Shown here piece by piece: positions 41,339 to 50,680 of a stretch of DNA of 64,000 bases. The stretch comes from an uncultured cyanobacterium. GTDB taxonomy: Bacteria > Cyanobacteriota > Cyanobacteriia > Cyanobacteriales > Nostocaceae. How positions within the stretch are numbered: position 1 is the stretch's first letter; each line of letters opens with the position of its first letter. The notes below the pieces were generated by a model. That model had not been told where the DNA came from. It saw only the letters and a list, made by a program, of their open reading frames with translations, and made no database searches. The translations under genes were made by a program, and so were the position numbers. The stretch lies in assembly GCA_963706595.1 (NCBI GenBank), contig OY970166.1, forward strand, positions 608,001-672,000. The letters run 5' to 3'.

Positions 41339-42043
41339 ATGGGTTTTCAACTCGAAAGCATCATTCCTTGGGGACGTTCAATGCTGGAATATACCCAGAT
41401 GTTTGATTTAACTCCTGAAGAATTCAATTTAAATATACTCGATTGTGCTGGTGGTCCTGCTAGTTTCAATGCAGAAATGACACTTCAAGGCTACAAAGTT
41501 ATTTCTTGTGACCCAGTTTATCAATTTACAGCCGATGAAATTGCTCAACGCATTCAAGACACTTATGAAATAGTTATTCAAGGTGTGAAAGCCAATCGAG
41601 AATGCTATGTTTGGCGGAATGTTCAGTCACCAGAAATGATGGGTGAAATTAGGATGTCAGCAATGCGTCAATTTTTGGTAGATTTCCCTAACGGAATCAA
41701 TCAAGGGCGTTATCTAAAAGATGAATTACCTGTTTTACCTTTTGCAGCGAATCAATTTGATTTGGCTTTGTGTTCCCACCTATTATTTACCTATTCTGAG
41801 CAACTTTCAGCAGAGTTTCATTTAGCATCGATTATGGAAATGTGCCGAGTTGCCAAGGAAGTACGCATTTTTCCATTGTTACAATTATCTGGGGAATTAT
41901 CTCCCTGGCTGCAACCAGTGATAAATGAATTACAACAACGGGGATATGCGGTAAAAATCAAACAAGTTGCTTATGAGTTTCAGAAGAATGGGAACCAAAT
42001 GCTGTGTGTCAACTCAGATATAGGAATCCGGTTTGATTTATGA
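41339..42043 (+). CDS. SAM-dependent methyltransferase-like protein
   Basis: ILDCAGGPASFNAE, LPFAANQFDLALCSHLLFTY, RVAKEVRIFPL. Confidence 0.85.
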   Translation: MGFQLESIIPWGRSMLEYTQMFDLTPEEFNLNILDCAGGPASFNAEMTLQGYKVISCDPVYQFTADEIAQRIQDTYEIVIQGVKANRECYVWRNVQSPEMMGEIRMSAMRQFLVDFPNGINQGRYLKDELPVLPFAANQFDLALCSHLLFTYSEQLSAEFHLASIMEMCRVAKEVRIFPLLQLSGELSPWLQPVINELQQRGYAVKIKQVAYEFQKNGNQMLCVNSDIGIRFDL

Positions 42044-42495
42044 AAAAAATTAAGTATTGTAGTAGCGTGGCAAGCTTAAAGTAGTGCATTAGGAAAAAGC
42101 AGAAAACATTGATTTATCTCAATTTTCCCAAAAATCTATTGCAACATTTTAGCGTTGTCAGTCCAGTAGTGGCGTGGCAAGCTTAAAGTAGTGCATTAGG
42201 CAAAAGCAGAAAACATTGATTTATCTCAATTTTCTCAAAAATCTATTGCAACATTTTAGCCTTGCCACGCCAGTAGGGTGCGTTAGGATGAAATCCGTAA
42301 CGCACCATTCATTATTAAGGCTTTGGTGCGTTACGCTACCGCTAACACACCCTACTGGACTGACAAGCTTAAAATAGTGCATTAGGTAAAAGCAGAAAAC
42401 ATTGATTTATCTCAATTTTCTCAAAAATCTATTGCAACATTTTAGCCTTGTCCCGCCACTACTTGTTTGTTCAATAATCAAATAGTATTCCTATA
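42019..42495. mobile_element. Nested miniature elements: outer TATAGGAAT...ATTCCTATA element, central REP-like palindrome, three ~107-bp TIR-bounded copies
   Basis: Unit ...caagcttaaa.tagtgcattagg.aaaagcagaaaacattgatttatctcaattttc.caaaaatctattgcaacattttagc... at about 42060-42167, 42167-42274 and 42352-42461. Confidence 0.85.
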
Positions 42496-42885
42496 TTTGA
42501 AGCCCAGGATTTTCTACAGGCGATAATTGGGGCGTTGCTGATGTCAAAACCACTGTATTACTAGAGACGTTCAATCGAACGTCTCTACACCTAAATTTAT
42601 ACTTATACCAATTCTGTATGATAGCTTGCGTGGCGTAGCCATAGATGCGCTGAATGTAAGAGAAACGCACCGCAGAGACACAGAGGACACAGAGAGAAAA
42701 AAGGTTAAAAAATTCGGCGCAACCTCACAAAGAGATGGTATTAGTTTCAGCAACGCCGATAATTGGCTTGGCGCTAGACAAAGTTACTCAACATCAGAGT
42801 ATATTAAATTGGAAGCCCGCTCAGGCGTGGTTCGATTTCGTGTAGCCCCAGGCTTTAGCCTGCGGGAAATATATCAAATTTTCTC

Positions 42886-43533
42886 ATGAATCAAATAGTT
42901 TGGATCGCAAGACACGCTAACCGCCTAGATTTCGTCAACCCTGATTGGTTTCTCACCGCCCAAAGACGTTATGATCCACCCTTGTCTGATGATGGTATGG
43001 TGCAAACACAGCAGTTAGCGAAACGCTTGCAAGCAGAAAATATTGCTCATATTTTCGCCTCCCCATTTCTGCGAACTGTACAAACAGCCAACGCCGTTGC
43101 AGAAGTTTTAGATTTACCTATTAAACTAGAAACAGGTTTGAGTGAGTGGCTAAATCCAGACTGGATGACGGAAGAACCAGAAAGATTGTCAATTCCCGCC
43201 TTAGCAGAATTATTCCCCAGAATTGATACTACCTACACACCGCGTATCACCGCGCAATATCCGGAAACTCACGAACAAGTGCGGGAACGTTCTGGACAAA
43301 CTGCTAGATGCTTGGCGACTGAATGCTATCCCCAGGATATTTTGCTGGTAGGACATGGTGCATCTGTTCTGGGGGCAGCAATGGGGCTAGTAGGGGAGAT
43401 TGCGAAAACAGAAGTCAAGGCTTCTTTATGTTCCTTAGTCAAAGTCCTGCGCCAAGGCCCGGAATGGTTGCTAGAACTAAAGGGAGATACTTCCCATTTG
43501 ACAGAGATAGAGTCAGTGATTCGATTTGTTTAA
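42886..43533 (+). CDS. Histidine phosphatase (phosphoglycerate mutase family)
   Basis: ARHANRLD, SPFLRTVQTA, ETGLSE, LVGHG. Confidence 0.9.
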   Translation: MNQIVWIARHANRLDFVNPDWFLTAQRRYDPPLSDDGMVQTQQLAKRLQAENIAHIFASPFLRTVQTANAVAEVLDLPIKLETGLSEWLNPDWMTEEPERLSIPALAELFPRIDTTYTPRITAQYPETHEQVRERSGQTARCLATECYPQDILLVGHGASVLGAAMGLVGEIAKTEVKASLCSLVKVLRQGPEWLLELKGDTSHLTEIESVIRFV

Positions 43534-43701
43534 GTCCTTGATATGGATTTTAAATAATAACTCGCTCCATTATGGGTTTACGCTACAGAAAATAGGCTTT
43601 TGATTGATTTTGAATGGTCTGTTTATTTATGACGACTTGTACTAAATTTATCTGTGAGTCTAACCAAAATCCAAAATCCAAAATCTAAAATCTAAAATTG
43701 T

Positions 43702-44727
43702 ATGACTTTGTTACTAGCGGGAGACATCGGCGGCACGAAAACTATTTTGCGGTTAGTGGAAGCATCAGATTCACTAGAGTTACAGACTATTTATGAGGAA
43801 ACTTACCGCAGTGGGGATTTTGCGGATTTAGTCCCGTTGGTGCAGCAGTTTCTCACCAAGGCTAATACGCCCCCACCACAAAAGGCTTGTTTTGCGATCG
43901 CAGGGCCAGTTGTAGATAATACAGCCAAGCTGACCAATTTAACTTGGTTTCTCGATACTGACCGTTTAAAACAAGAATTAGGCATTGATTCTATGTGCCT
44001 AATTAATGACTTTGCGGCTGTGGGTTACGGCATTTTCGGGTTAAGTAAAAAAGATTTGCTGACTTTGCAAGTTGGTAAACACAAATTAGAAGCACCCATT
44101 GCCATTATTGGGGCGGGGACTGGCTTAGGACAAGGATTTTTGATTAAACAGGGCAATTACTATCAAGTCTTTCCCTCAGAGGGCGGACACGCTGATTTTG
44201 CTCCCCGCAGCGAGTTGGAATTTCAGCTATTGAAATATTTACTGGATAAACATGATATCCAGCGTGTTTCTGTAGAAAGGGTAGTCTCTGGACAGGGAGT
44301 TGTGGCAATTTACCAATTTTTGCGCGATCGCAAAATATCGGCCGAATCACCAGAAATCGCCCAAATTGTCAGAACCTGGGAACAAGAAGCCGGACAGCAG
44401 GAAAAAAGCGTTGATCCAGGTGCGGTAATTGGTATAGCTGCACTCCAAGGAAGCGATCGCCTGTCAGTACAAACCTTACAATTATTTGTAGACATTTACG
44501 GTGCAGAAGCCGGCAATCTTGCCCTAAAATTCTTACCTTACGGCGGCTTATATATTGCTGGTGGGATTGCGCCCAAAATCCAAACCCTGATGCAAAAAGG
44601 CAATTTTCTCTTAAACTTTAGCCAAAAAGGCAGGATGCGTTCCCTCCTTGAAGATATACCCGTGTATATTATTCTCAATCAACAAGTGGGGCTAATTGGT
44701 GCGGCTTTACGTGCAGCTAGGTTATAA
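43702..44727 (+). CDS. glk: Glucokinase
   Basis: LAGDIGGTKT, FAIAGPV, LINDFAA, GAGTGLG, SEGGHADF, GGLYIAGGI. Confidence 0.96.
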   Translation: MTLLLAGDIGGTKTILRLVEASDSLELQTIYEETYRSGDFADLVPLVQQFLTKANTPPPQKACFAIAGPVVDNTAKLTNLTWFLDTDRLKQELGIDSMCLINDFAAVGYGIFGLSKKDLLTLQVGKHKLEAPIAIIGAGTGLGQGFLIKQGNYYQVFPSEGGHADFAPRSELEFQLLKYLLDKHDIQRVSVERVVSGQGVVAIYQFLRDRKISAESPEIAQIVRTWEQEAGQQEKSVDPGAVIGIAALQGSDRLSVQTLQLFVDIYGAEAGNLALKFLPYGGLYIAGGIAPKIQTLMQKGNFLLNFSQKGRMRSLLEDIPVYIILNQQVGLIGAALRAARL

Positions 44728-44754
44728 CAACTAGCATCGGTAATATCTGCATAC

Positions 44755-45345
44755 GTGATGGCTAGAATTATGACTTTTAGAGTTTTGTTACCACTCATCA
44801 CCGCCACTGTTATCTGTGGTGGATCTGCCTTAGTAGAAGCAAATCAACCCCAACAACCTCCAGTTGTACAGCCACAATGGAGGGTATTTACTGCCCCAGA
44901 CAGGGGCTTTACTGTTTTGATGCCGGGAAAACCAGAGAGGGATACCCAAATCCAAAAAACCTACATGGGGGAAATTAACTTAGAAATGTTTGTTGCCGAA
45001 CCTCCCAAGCAGGAAGTGGCATACTTGGTTGTTTATAATGATTTTCCTTACAGTTATGCTCAAATGACTAGTCCCCAAACAATACTGAATAATGCCAGGG
45101 ATGTGGCTTTAAAAACTACACAAAGTAGTTTAGTTAGTCAGCGTAACATTCGTAGTTCTAATGGTCATCCTGGCAAGGAAATTGAGTATGTTAACGTTGG
45201 CGGCAAAATCACCAGAAGCAGAATGTATGTTGCTGAGGGTCGTTTGTATCAAGTTATAGCCATTACCAGTAAAAAACAGCAGCCAACTTTAGCTAGAACC
45301 ATTACGGGGTATTTAAATTCCTTCCATCTGGTTTTGCAAAAGTGA
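44755..45345 (+). CDS. Hypothetical secreted protein
   Basis: Signal-peptide-like N-terminus; W..F...D..FTVLMPG.P and GRLYQV pattern common in cyanobacterial exported proteins. Confidence 0.7.
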   Translation: MMARIMTFRVLLPLITATVICGGSALVEANQPQQPPVVQPQWRVFTAPDRGFTVLMPGKPERDTQIQKTYMGEINLEMFVAEPPKQEVAYLVVYNDFPYSYAQMTSPQTILNNARDVALKTTQSSLVSQRNIRSSNGHPGKEIEYVNVGGKITRSRMYVAEGRLYQVIAITSKKQQPTLARTITGYLNSFHLVLQK

Positions 45346-45574
45346 GATTAATTGCTGGCAGAGGCGGTGCTTGCTGTCTGTAAGCACTTTCTCTGATGTT
45401 TATGCCAGACAATCTGCGATCGCATTGGATAAGATGATCTAACCGCCAAGCCGCCAAGAACGCCAAGAGGAGAAAGACGTTCATAGGGGCGGTGTTTTTT
45501 TGATTATCAGTATCAACAAATTGCAAAAAACTGGTAAATTACCGTATGACTCACAAAAATTAGTGCCAAGCATT

Positions 45575-46675
45575 ATGAAACGTCGAAAAATTCTGAACAC
45601 AGGTGCGATCGCCACTGCAACTGCTGTAACATTAGGCTCTTGTGCGCGGACCCAAACCGCCGCTAACGTGCAAACTGGACAGCCCAATGTCCGGTGGCGA
45701 ATGGCAACCAGCTGGCCGAAATCTCTAGGAATTTTTAGCGGTGCAGATATACTTGCCAAACGAGTCAAAGAAATGACCAACGGACGTTTCACCATTACAC
45801 CCTTTGCGGCGGGGGAGTTAGTTCCGGGGTTGCAAGTCATGGACGCTGTGCAAGCGGGAACAGTGGAATGCGGACACACAGCCGGTTATTATTACATCGG
45901 TAAAAACTTAGCCTTAGCCTTCGCCACCTCCGTACCCTTTGGCTTCAATGCCCAACAGCAAAACTCTTGGCTATATCATGGTGGCGGATTAGAAGCCATG
46001 CAAAAAATCTATAGTGACTTCAATATCATTAACTTTCCGGCTGGTAACACCGGGGCGCAGATGGGAGGATGGTTTAAAAAAGAAATTAACACTGTTGCTG
46101 ACCTCCAAGGTTTAAAAATGCGTATCCCCGGCATAGGGGGACAAGTCATATCTCGTATGGGTGTGCAAGTGCAAGTGATTCCTGGAGGCGAAATTTTCTT
46201 AGCACTAGATCGGGGCGCAATTGATGCGGCTGAGTGGGTCGGTCCTTACGATGATGAGAAACTGGGTTTAAACAAAGCCGCCCAATTTTATTATTACCCA
46301 GGCTGGTGGGAACCAGGACCCACATTAGAAGTGCTGGTTAACCGTAGTGCTTGGGACAAATTACCCCCAGAATACCAAGCCATATTCAAGGCAGCGACTC
46401 ATGAAGCCAATATGAATATGCTCACTGAATACGATGCCTTAAATGGTCAAGCACTGGCGAGATTGACCGCCGGTGGGACTAAATTAGTTGCCTTCAGCCC
46501 AGAAATTATGCAAGCATCTCAAAAAGCCTCCTTTGAATTTTTAGAGGAAAATGCTAGTAAAGACGCAACTTTCAAAGAAGTTTATGAACAGTGGAAAGGC
46601 TTCCGTAAACAAGTTTTCGACTGGAATCGTGTCAATGAATTGAGTTATGCAAATTTCGCCCTCTCTAATAGTTAG
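45575..46675 (+). CDS. dctP: TRAP transporter substrate-binding protein (monocarboxylate 2-oxoacid / TakP type)
   Basis: Start MKRRKIL (Tat/lipoprotein-like), [47 protein letters not shown]. Confidence 0.92.
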   Translation: MKRRKILNTGAIATATAVTLGSCARTQTAANVQTGQPNVRWRMATSWPKSLGIFSGADILAKRVKEMTNGRFTITPFAAGELVPGLQVMDAVQAGTVECGHTAGYYYIGKNLALAFATSVPFGFNAQQQNSWLYHGGGLEAMQKIYSDFNIINFPAGNTGAQMGGWFKKEINTVADLQGLKMRIPGIGGQVISRMGVQVQVIPGGEIFLALDRGAIDAAEWVGPYDDEKLGLNKAAQFYYYPGWWEPGPTLEVLVNRSAWDKLPPEYQAIFKAATHEANMNMLTEYDALNGQALARLTAGGTKLVAFSPEIMQASQKASFEFLEENASKDATFKEVYEQWKGFRKQVFDWNRVNELSYANFALSNS

Positions 46676-46768
46676 GAAATGGGGAGTGGGGAGAAGTAAG
46701 AGGCAGGGGAGCAGGGAGCAGGGAGCAGGGGGGAAGACGGTAACTTCCCAATGACTAATGACTAATCC

Positions 46769-48106
46769 TCATTTTCCTAAATTAGGTAAAAAGCTCACTA
46801 TACCTGGGAAAGCAATGATTAAGACCAAAACTAATAATTGCAGCAAAATAAACGGGATTACACCGCGATATATGTCAGATGTAGTGACTTCTGGCGGTGC
46901 GACACCACGTAGGTAAAACAACGCAAAACCAAAGGGAGGTGTGAGGAAGGAAGTTTGCAAATTTGCTCCCAAAATCACACCATACCAAACCAAGTCAATG
47001 CCTAATTCTTGGGCTACTGGCACAAACAAGGGTATGACAATAAAGGCAATCTCGAAAAAGTCGATAAAAAAGCCGAGAAAAAATACCGTTGCCATGCTGA
47101 CAGTCAAAAAGCCGATAGTGCCGCCGGGAAGATTGGCGAGGACATCGAACATAAATTGATCGCCATTCACTCCCCGGAATACTAAACTAAAGGCTGTGGA
47201 ACCCAACAGAATAAACAGCACCATGCTGGTGATTTTTAAAGTGGTATCACAAACCCGACGCAGAGATTCTAAGGTAAGTTGACCGTTTGCCGCAGCCAAG
47301 GCGATCGCACCCGCACAACCCACAGCCCCCGCTTCTGTCGGTGTAGCAAAGCCAAAAAAGATACTTCCCAAAACCAATAAAATCAGAATCAACGGCGGTA
47401 GCATCACCTGAACTATCCGTTTTCCCAAAGCTTTACCACCAATTTCTCGTACCTCAGCAGGTAAAGCCGGCGCTAAATCTGGCTTTAAAAATGCCACAAT
47501 CAACACATGAAGGGCAAACGCACCCGACATCATCAAACCAGGAATCAGGGAACCAATAAATAAATCACCAACCGAAATCCCCAACTGATCACCCAATACC
47601 ACTAACACAACACTCGGCGGGATAATTTGCCCCAGAGTCCCCGAAGCAGCAATGACACCAGTAGCTAATTGTTTGTTATATCCATAGCGCAGCATAATTG
47701 GCAGAGAAATTAAACCCATCGCCACTACTGTTGCCGCTACCACCCCAGTAGTTGCTGCCAACAGCGCCCCCACTAACACCACAGCTAAAGCTAGGCCGCC
47801 ACGTAAGCGTCCCAACACAATCCCCATTGTTTCTAGCAAATTCTCAGCTATGCCGGATTTCTCCAGCATAGACCCCATAAAGATAAAATAAGGGATAGCT
47901 AACAGCGTATAATTAGCCATAATGCCAAAAATGCGCTGTGGCATAGCAGTGAGAAATATTGGGTCAAATACACCCAGAGAAATTCCCACAATGCCAAATA
48001 AAATTGCCACCCCACCCAAAGAAAAAGCTACAGGATATCCCAGGGATAGCAGCACTAACGCCCCAGCAAACATCACTGGCCCCAACCATTCATAATCCAG
48101 CGTCAT
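46769..48106 (-). CDS. dctM: TRAP transporter large permease
   Basis: LLAIPYFIFMG, ASGTLGQIIPPS, ATPTEAGAVG, SFLTPPFGFALFY. Confidence 0.94.
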   Translation of the reverse strand: MTLDYEWLGPVMFAGALVLLSLGYPVAFSLGGVAILFGIVGISLGVFDPIFLTAMPQRIFGIMANYTLLAIPYFIFMGSMLEKSGIAENLLETMGIVLGRLRGGLALAVVLVGALLAATTGVVAATVVAMGLISLPIMLRYGYNKQLATGVIAASGTLGQIIPPSVVLVVLGDQLGISVGDLFIGSLIPGLMMSGAFALHVLIVAFLKPDLAPALPAEVREIGGKALGKRIVQVMLPPLILILLVLGSIFFGFATPTEAGAVGCAGAIALAAANGQLTLESLRRVCDTTLKITSMVLFILLGSTAFSLVFRGVNGDQFMFDVLANLPGGTIGFLTVSMATVFFLGFFIDFFEIAFIVIPLFVPVAQELGIDLVWYGVILGANLQTSFLTPPFGFALFYLRGVAPPEVTTSDIYRGVIPFILLQLLVLVLIIAFPGIVSFLPNLGK

Positions 48107-48644
48107 GATTTTCCTCCTGGGGTTCGAGTCTGCCTAGAAGAATAGCCAAATTTTTGATTAACTGAGAAATTCCCTGGAAAATCAACAACACAAAGGAGAC
48201 AATAATCATAGTTTTGATGGGGTAGCGCGGTAAACCATCAGGATCTGGTGATGTTTCCAGAATTTGCCACGAAGCCAAGATTGTATCCCAAGAAAAAAAT
48301 ATGACCATCATACAAAATGGAATCAGAAATAACACTGTCCCCAGTAAATCTGCCAGTGCTTTTCGCCGAGGCGGCCAATTGCTGTAAAACACATCAACGC
48401 GGACGTGTTCATTGTGCTTTAAGGTGTAGCCAGCACCCAACAAAAAAACTAAATCAAAAACATACCATTGCGCTTCTATGTAAGCGTTAGAAGTTAAATT
48501 AATGCCAATAAACCGCCCCAGGTATCGTCCTGAAACATTCCATACACCAATGATGACCATGACTAGCACCAGCCAACCGGTCAATTTGCCAATACGTTCA
48601 GTACAGAAATCAATTATTTTGGCTATCTTTAATAGTCTTTCCAA
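48090..48644 (-). CDS. dctQ: TRAP transporter small permease
   Basis: EAQWY...LGAGYTLKHNEHVRVDVFY, 4 TM segments. Confidence 0.92.
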   Translation of the reverse strand: MERLLKIAKIIDFCTERIGKLTGWLVLVMVIIGVWNVSGRYLGRFIGINLTSNAYIEAQWYVFDLVFLLGAGYTLKHNEHVRVDVFYSNWPPRRKALADLLGTVLFLIPFCMMVIFFSWDTILASWQILETSPDPDGLPRYPIKTMIIVSFVLLIFQGISQLIKNLAILLGRLEPQEENHDAGL

Positions 48645-48782
48645 AGATTATCTCACCCTTTTCAATTGCTGTAAGTGTAGTTTACAACTGAAGATTGCCA
48701 AAAAATCGTCTTTGTTGATTCAAACTTGGTGTCTTAGAAGTCCCGATTTCATTAATCCAACCCCTCCCTTTTGGAAAGGAAG

Positions 48783-48976
48783 CACGGTGTACCCACAAAT
48801 CTTCGTGGCTTTCACATCCGGGTTTTACCCCCCTTAATCCCCCCTTGGAAAGGGGGGAGATTGGAAAATTTAGTTTCCTCCCCTTGGAAAGGCGGAAAAC
48901 CGGAAAATCTAGTTCCCTCCCCTTTCCAAGGGGAGGGTTAGGGTGGGGTAATTCGATAACTTGTGTGTACACCGTG
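48783..48976. mobile_element. MITE-like element with ~18-bp TIR and internal 39-bp tandem units
   Basis: cacggtgtacccacaaat / acttgtgtgtacaccgtg; units ccccttggaaagg...ggaaaat.tagtt.cct; one end also occurs at about 15270-15300. Confidence 0.7.
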
Positions 48977-49148
48977 TTTACTTAGTAAGGAGAGGGGAGA
49001 CTTGAAAAACCAGATTTGCAACTGAAGCGTAGGATGAGAAAATCAAGATATACCAATTTAATATTTAATTAATCAATGATCAATACTTCCCTATTGCTAC
49101 AAGCCCGCAAATTCAATCTAAAATCCAAAATCTAAAATCCAAAATTGT

Positions 49149-49748
49149 ATGACTTCAAACGTTCCCACTCCCAAAGGAAAATTACATAATCAAGCCATAG
49201 GGGCGAAGATATTCCACTCTGTTAATATTATCAGCCTGTTTCTCATGCTTACTAGTGGGCTACAAATTTACAATGCCAACCCTGTCTTTGGTGGACGTGC
49301 TGGTTTACACATTCCCCCCATATTTACATTAGGAGGTTGGTTAGCGGGAGGTAGACACTGGCACTTTGCCGCTATGTGGTTATTCTCATTAAATCTCTTG
49401 TGGTATGGAATTTATGTTTTAATTACCCGACGCTGGCGACGTAGATTTGTTGGTGTTAATGACCTGAAAGCATTACAAAAAACTCAAAATTCTCGGCGTT
49501 TAGCTTATGCGTGGCATCGCATCATCTATACAGCAATTATTCCTATTTTACTGTTAGCATTACTTACAGGGATAGGTATGTATAAACCCGCCCAATTTCC
49601 TTGGATTGTCGATATGTTTGGCGATTGGCAAGCATTACGTATCGTACATTTTTCATCAGTGCCAATGGTAGTTATATTTACAGTCATTCACTCATTACTA
49701 GGAAGAAAAGCCGGAGGATCTCAACTTACCGAATCCATGTTTTGGTAA
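49149..49748 (+). CDS. Cytochrome b/b6-domain membrane protein (Ni/Fe-hydrogenase cyt b-like)
   Basis: Four TM segments with His ligands (FHSVN, WHFAAMW, IVHF, IHS); SGLQIYNA. Confidence 0.85.
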   Translation: MTSNVPTPKGKLHNQAIGAKIFHSVNIISLFLMLTSGLQIYNANPVFGGRAGLHIPPIFTLGGWLAGGRHWHFAAMWLFSLNLLWYGIYVLITRRWRRRFVGVNDLKALQKTQNSRRLAYAWHRIIYTAIIPILLLALLTGIGMYKPAQFPWIVDMFGDWQALRIVHFSSVPMVVIFTVIHSLLGRKAGGSQLTESMFW

Positions 49749-49861
49749 ATTACGTTCATGAATATTCTCTCACGTTTTTATAAACCATAAGAACCTCACC
49801 CCAGCCCTCTCCTTACTAAGGAGAGGGGGCATGATTTTTTTACTAAATTAGCAAAAAATAT

Positions 49862-50569
49862 ATGAATTTACATTACATACAGCGTCGTCAATTTCTCAAA
49901 ATTTCGGGATTATCTAGCATCAGTTTACTTCTTGGTGGCTGTGGTACACAAGCATTTGAAGATATAGTCGGACCACTATCTGAACCACTAAATCGGAAAG
50001 TGGGAGAATTAATATTTCAACCCCAAAAGCCTGTCCCAGAGTTTGCACTGAGTCAAGTTAAACCAGAAGAATTGATAGTTAATACTTTTAGAAGTACGCC
50101 AATTATTGATCCAAATAAATATCGTTTAGTTATTGATGGCGAAGTTAACAACCCTCTTAGCCTCACCTTGGCTGAAATACAGGCTTTACCCCTAAGTTCT
50201 ATGATTATTCGCCATGTTTGTGTAGAAGGTTGGGCGGCTATAGTGCAGTGGGGTGGTGTCTGTCTCCGAGAAATTATCGCTCTTGCTGAACCTCAAGCTA
50301 ATGTCCGGTTTGCTTATTTTAAATCGGCTGATGGTTATTATGAAAGTTGGGATATAGCTTCAGCTTTACATCCTCAGACTTTGTTAGCTTATGAAAAAAA
50401 CGGTGCGGCTTTACCTGTTGAGAATGGTGCGCCTTTACGTTTAGCTTCGCCGGTTAAACTTGGTTATAAGCAGAGTAAATGGGTGACTAAAATCTCGCTT
50501 TTAAGTAGTTTATCACCGTTTAAGGGTTACTGGGAAGATCAGGGTTATGATTGGTTTGCTGGACTTTAG
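49862..50569 (+). CDS. Molybdopterin oxidoreductase, sulfite-oxidase/MsrP-like
   Basis: Tat signal QRRQFLK...LLLGGC; HVCVEGW; NGAPLRL..PVKLGYKQSKW; GYWEDQGY. Confidence 0.88.
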   Translation: MNLHYIQRRQFLKISGLSSISLLLGGCGTQAFEDIVGPLSEPLNRKVGELIFQPQKPVPEFALSQVKPEELIVNTFRSTPIIDPNKYRLVIDGEVNNPLSLTLAEIQALPLSSMIIRHVCVEGWAAIVQWGGVCLREIIALAEPQANVRFAYFKSADGYYESWDIASALHPQTLLAYEKNGAALPVENGAPLRLASPVKLGYKQSKWVTKISLLSSLSPFKGYWEDQGYDWFAGL

Positions 50570-50680
50570 GGAGTTTCAAAGCATCGCAGGGGGATAAGGT
50601 GCAAATAGAGATGGAAAGGACTAAAGTCCTGACTCCGAACCTTTAATTATTTACTTTGTCTTAATTAGGTAATAAGAAAA

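Noticed and set aside
42060..42461. Repeated ~107-bp units as a possible CRISPR array
   Set aside because: Units are too long, have TIRs and lack unique spacers; no cas genes nearby.
42571..42889. ORFs 42626-42889 and 42571-42753
   Set aside because: Made of dispersed repeat fragments (acgcaccgcagagacacagaggacacagag etc.); no protein motifs.
45575..48644. Convergent dctP versus dctQM arrangement as a novelty
   Set aside because: The same layout is already described for the Anabaena TRAP monocarboxylate transporter.
48835..48950. 39-bp tandem units as CRISPR/LTRR, and ORF 48682-48972
   Set aside because: Only 2-3 degenerate adjacent units with no spacers, inside a TIR element; the ORF is translated repeat DNA.
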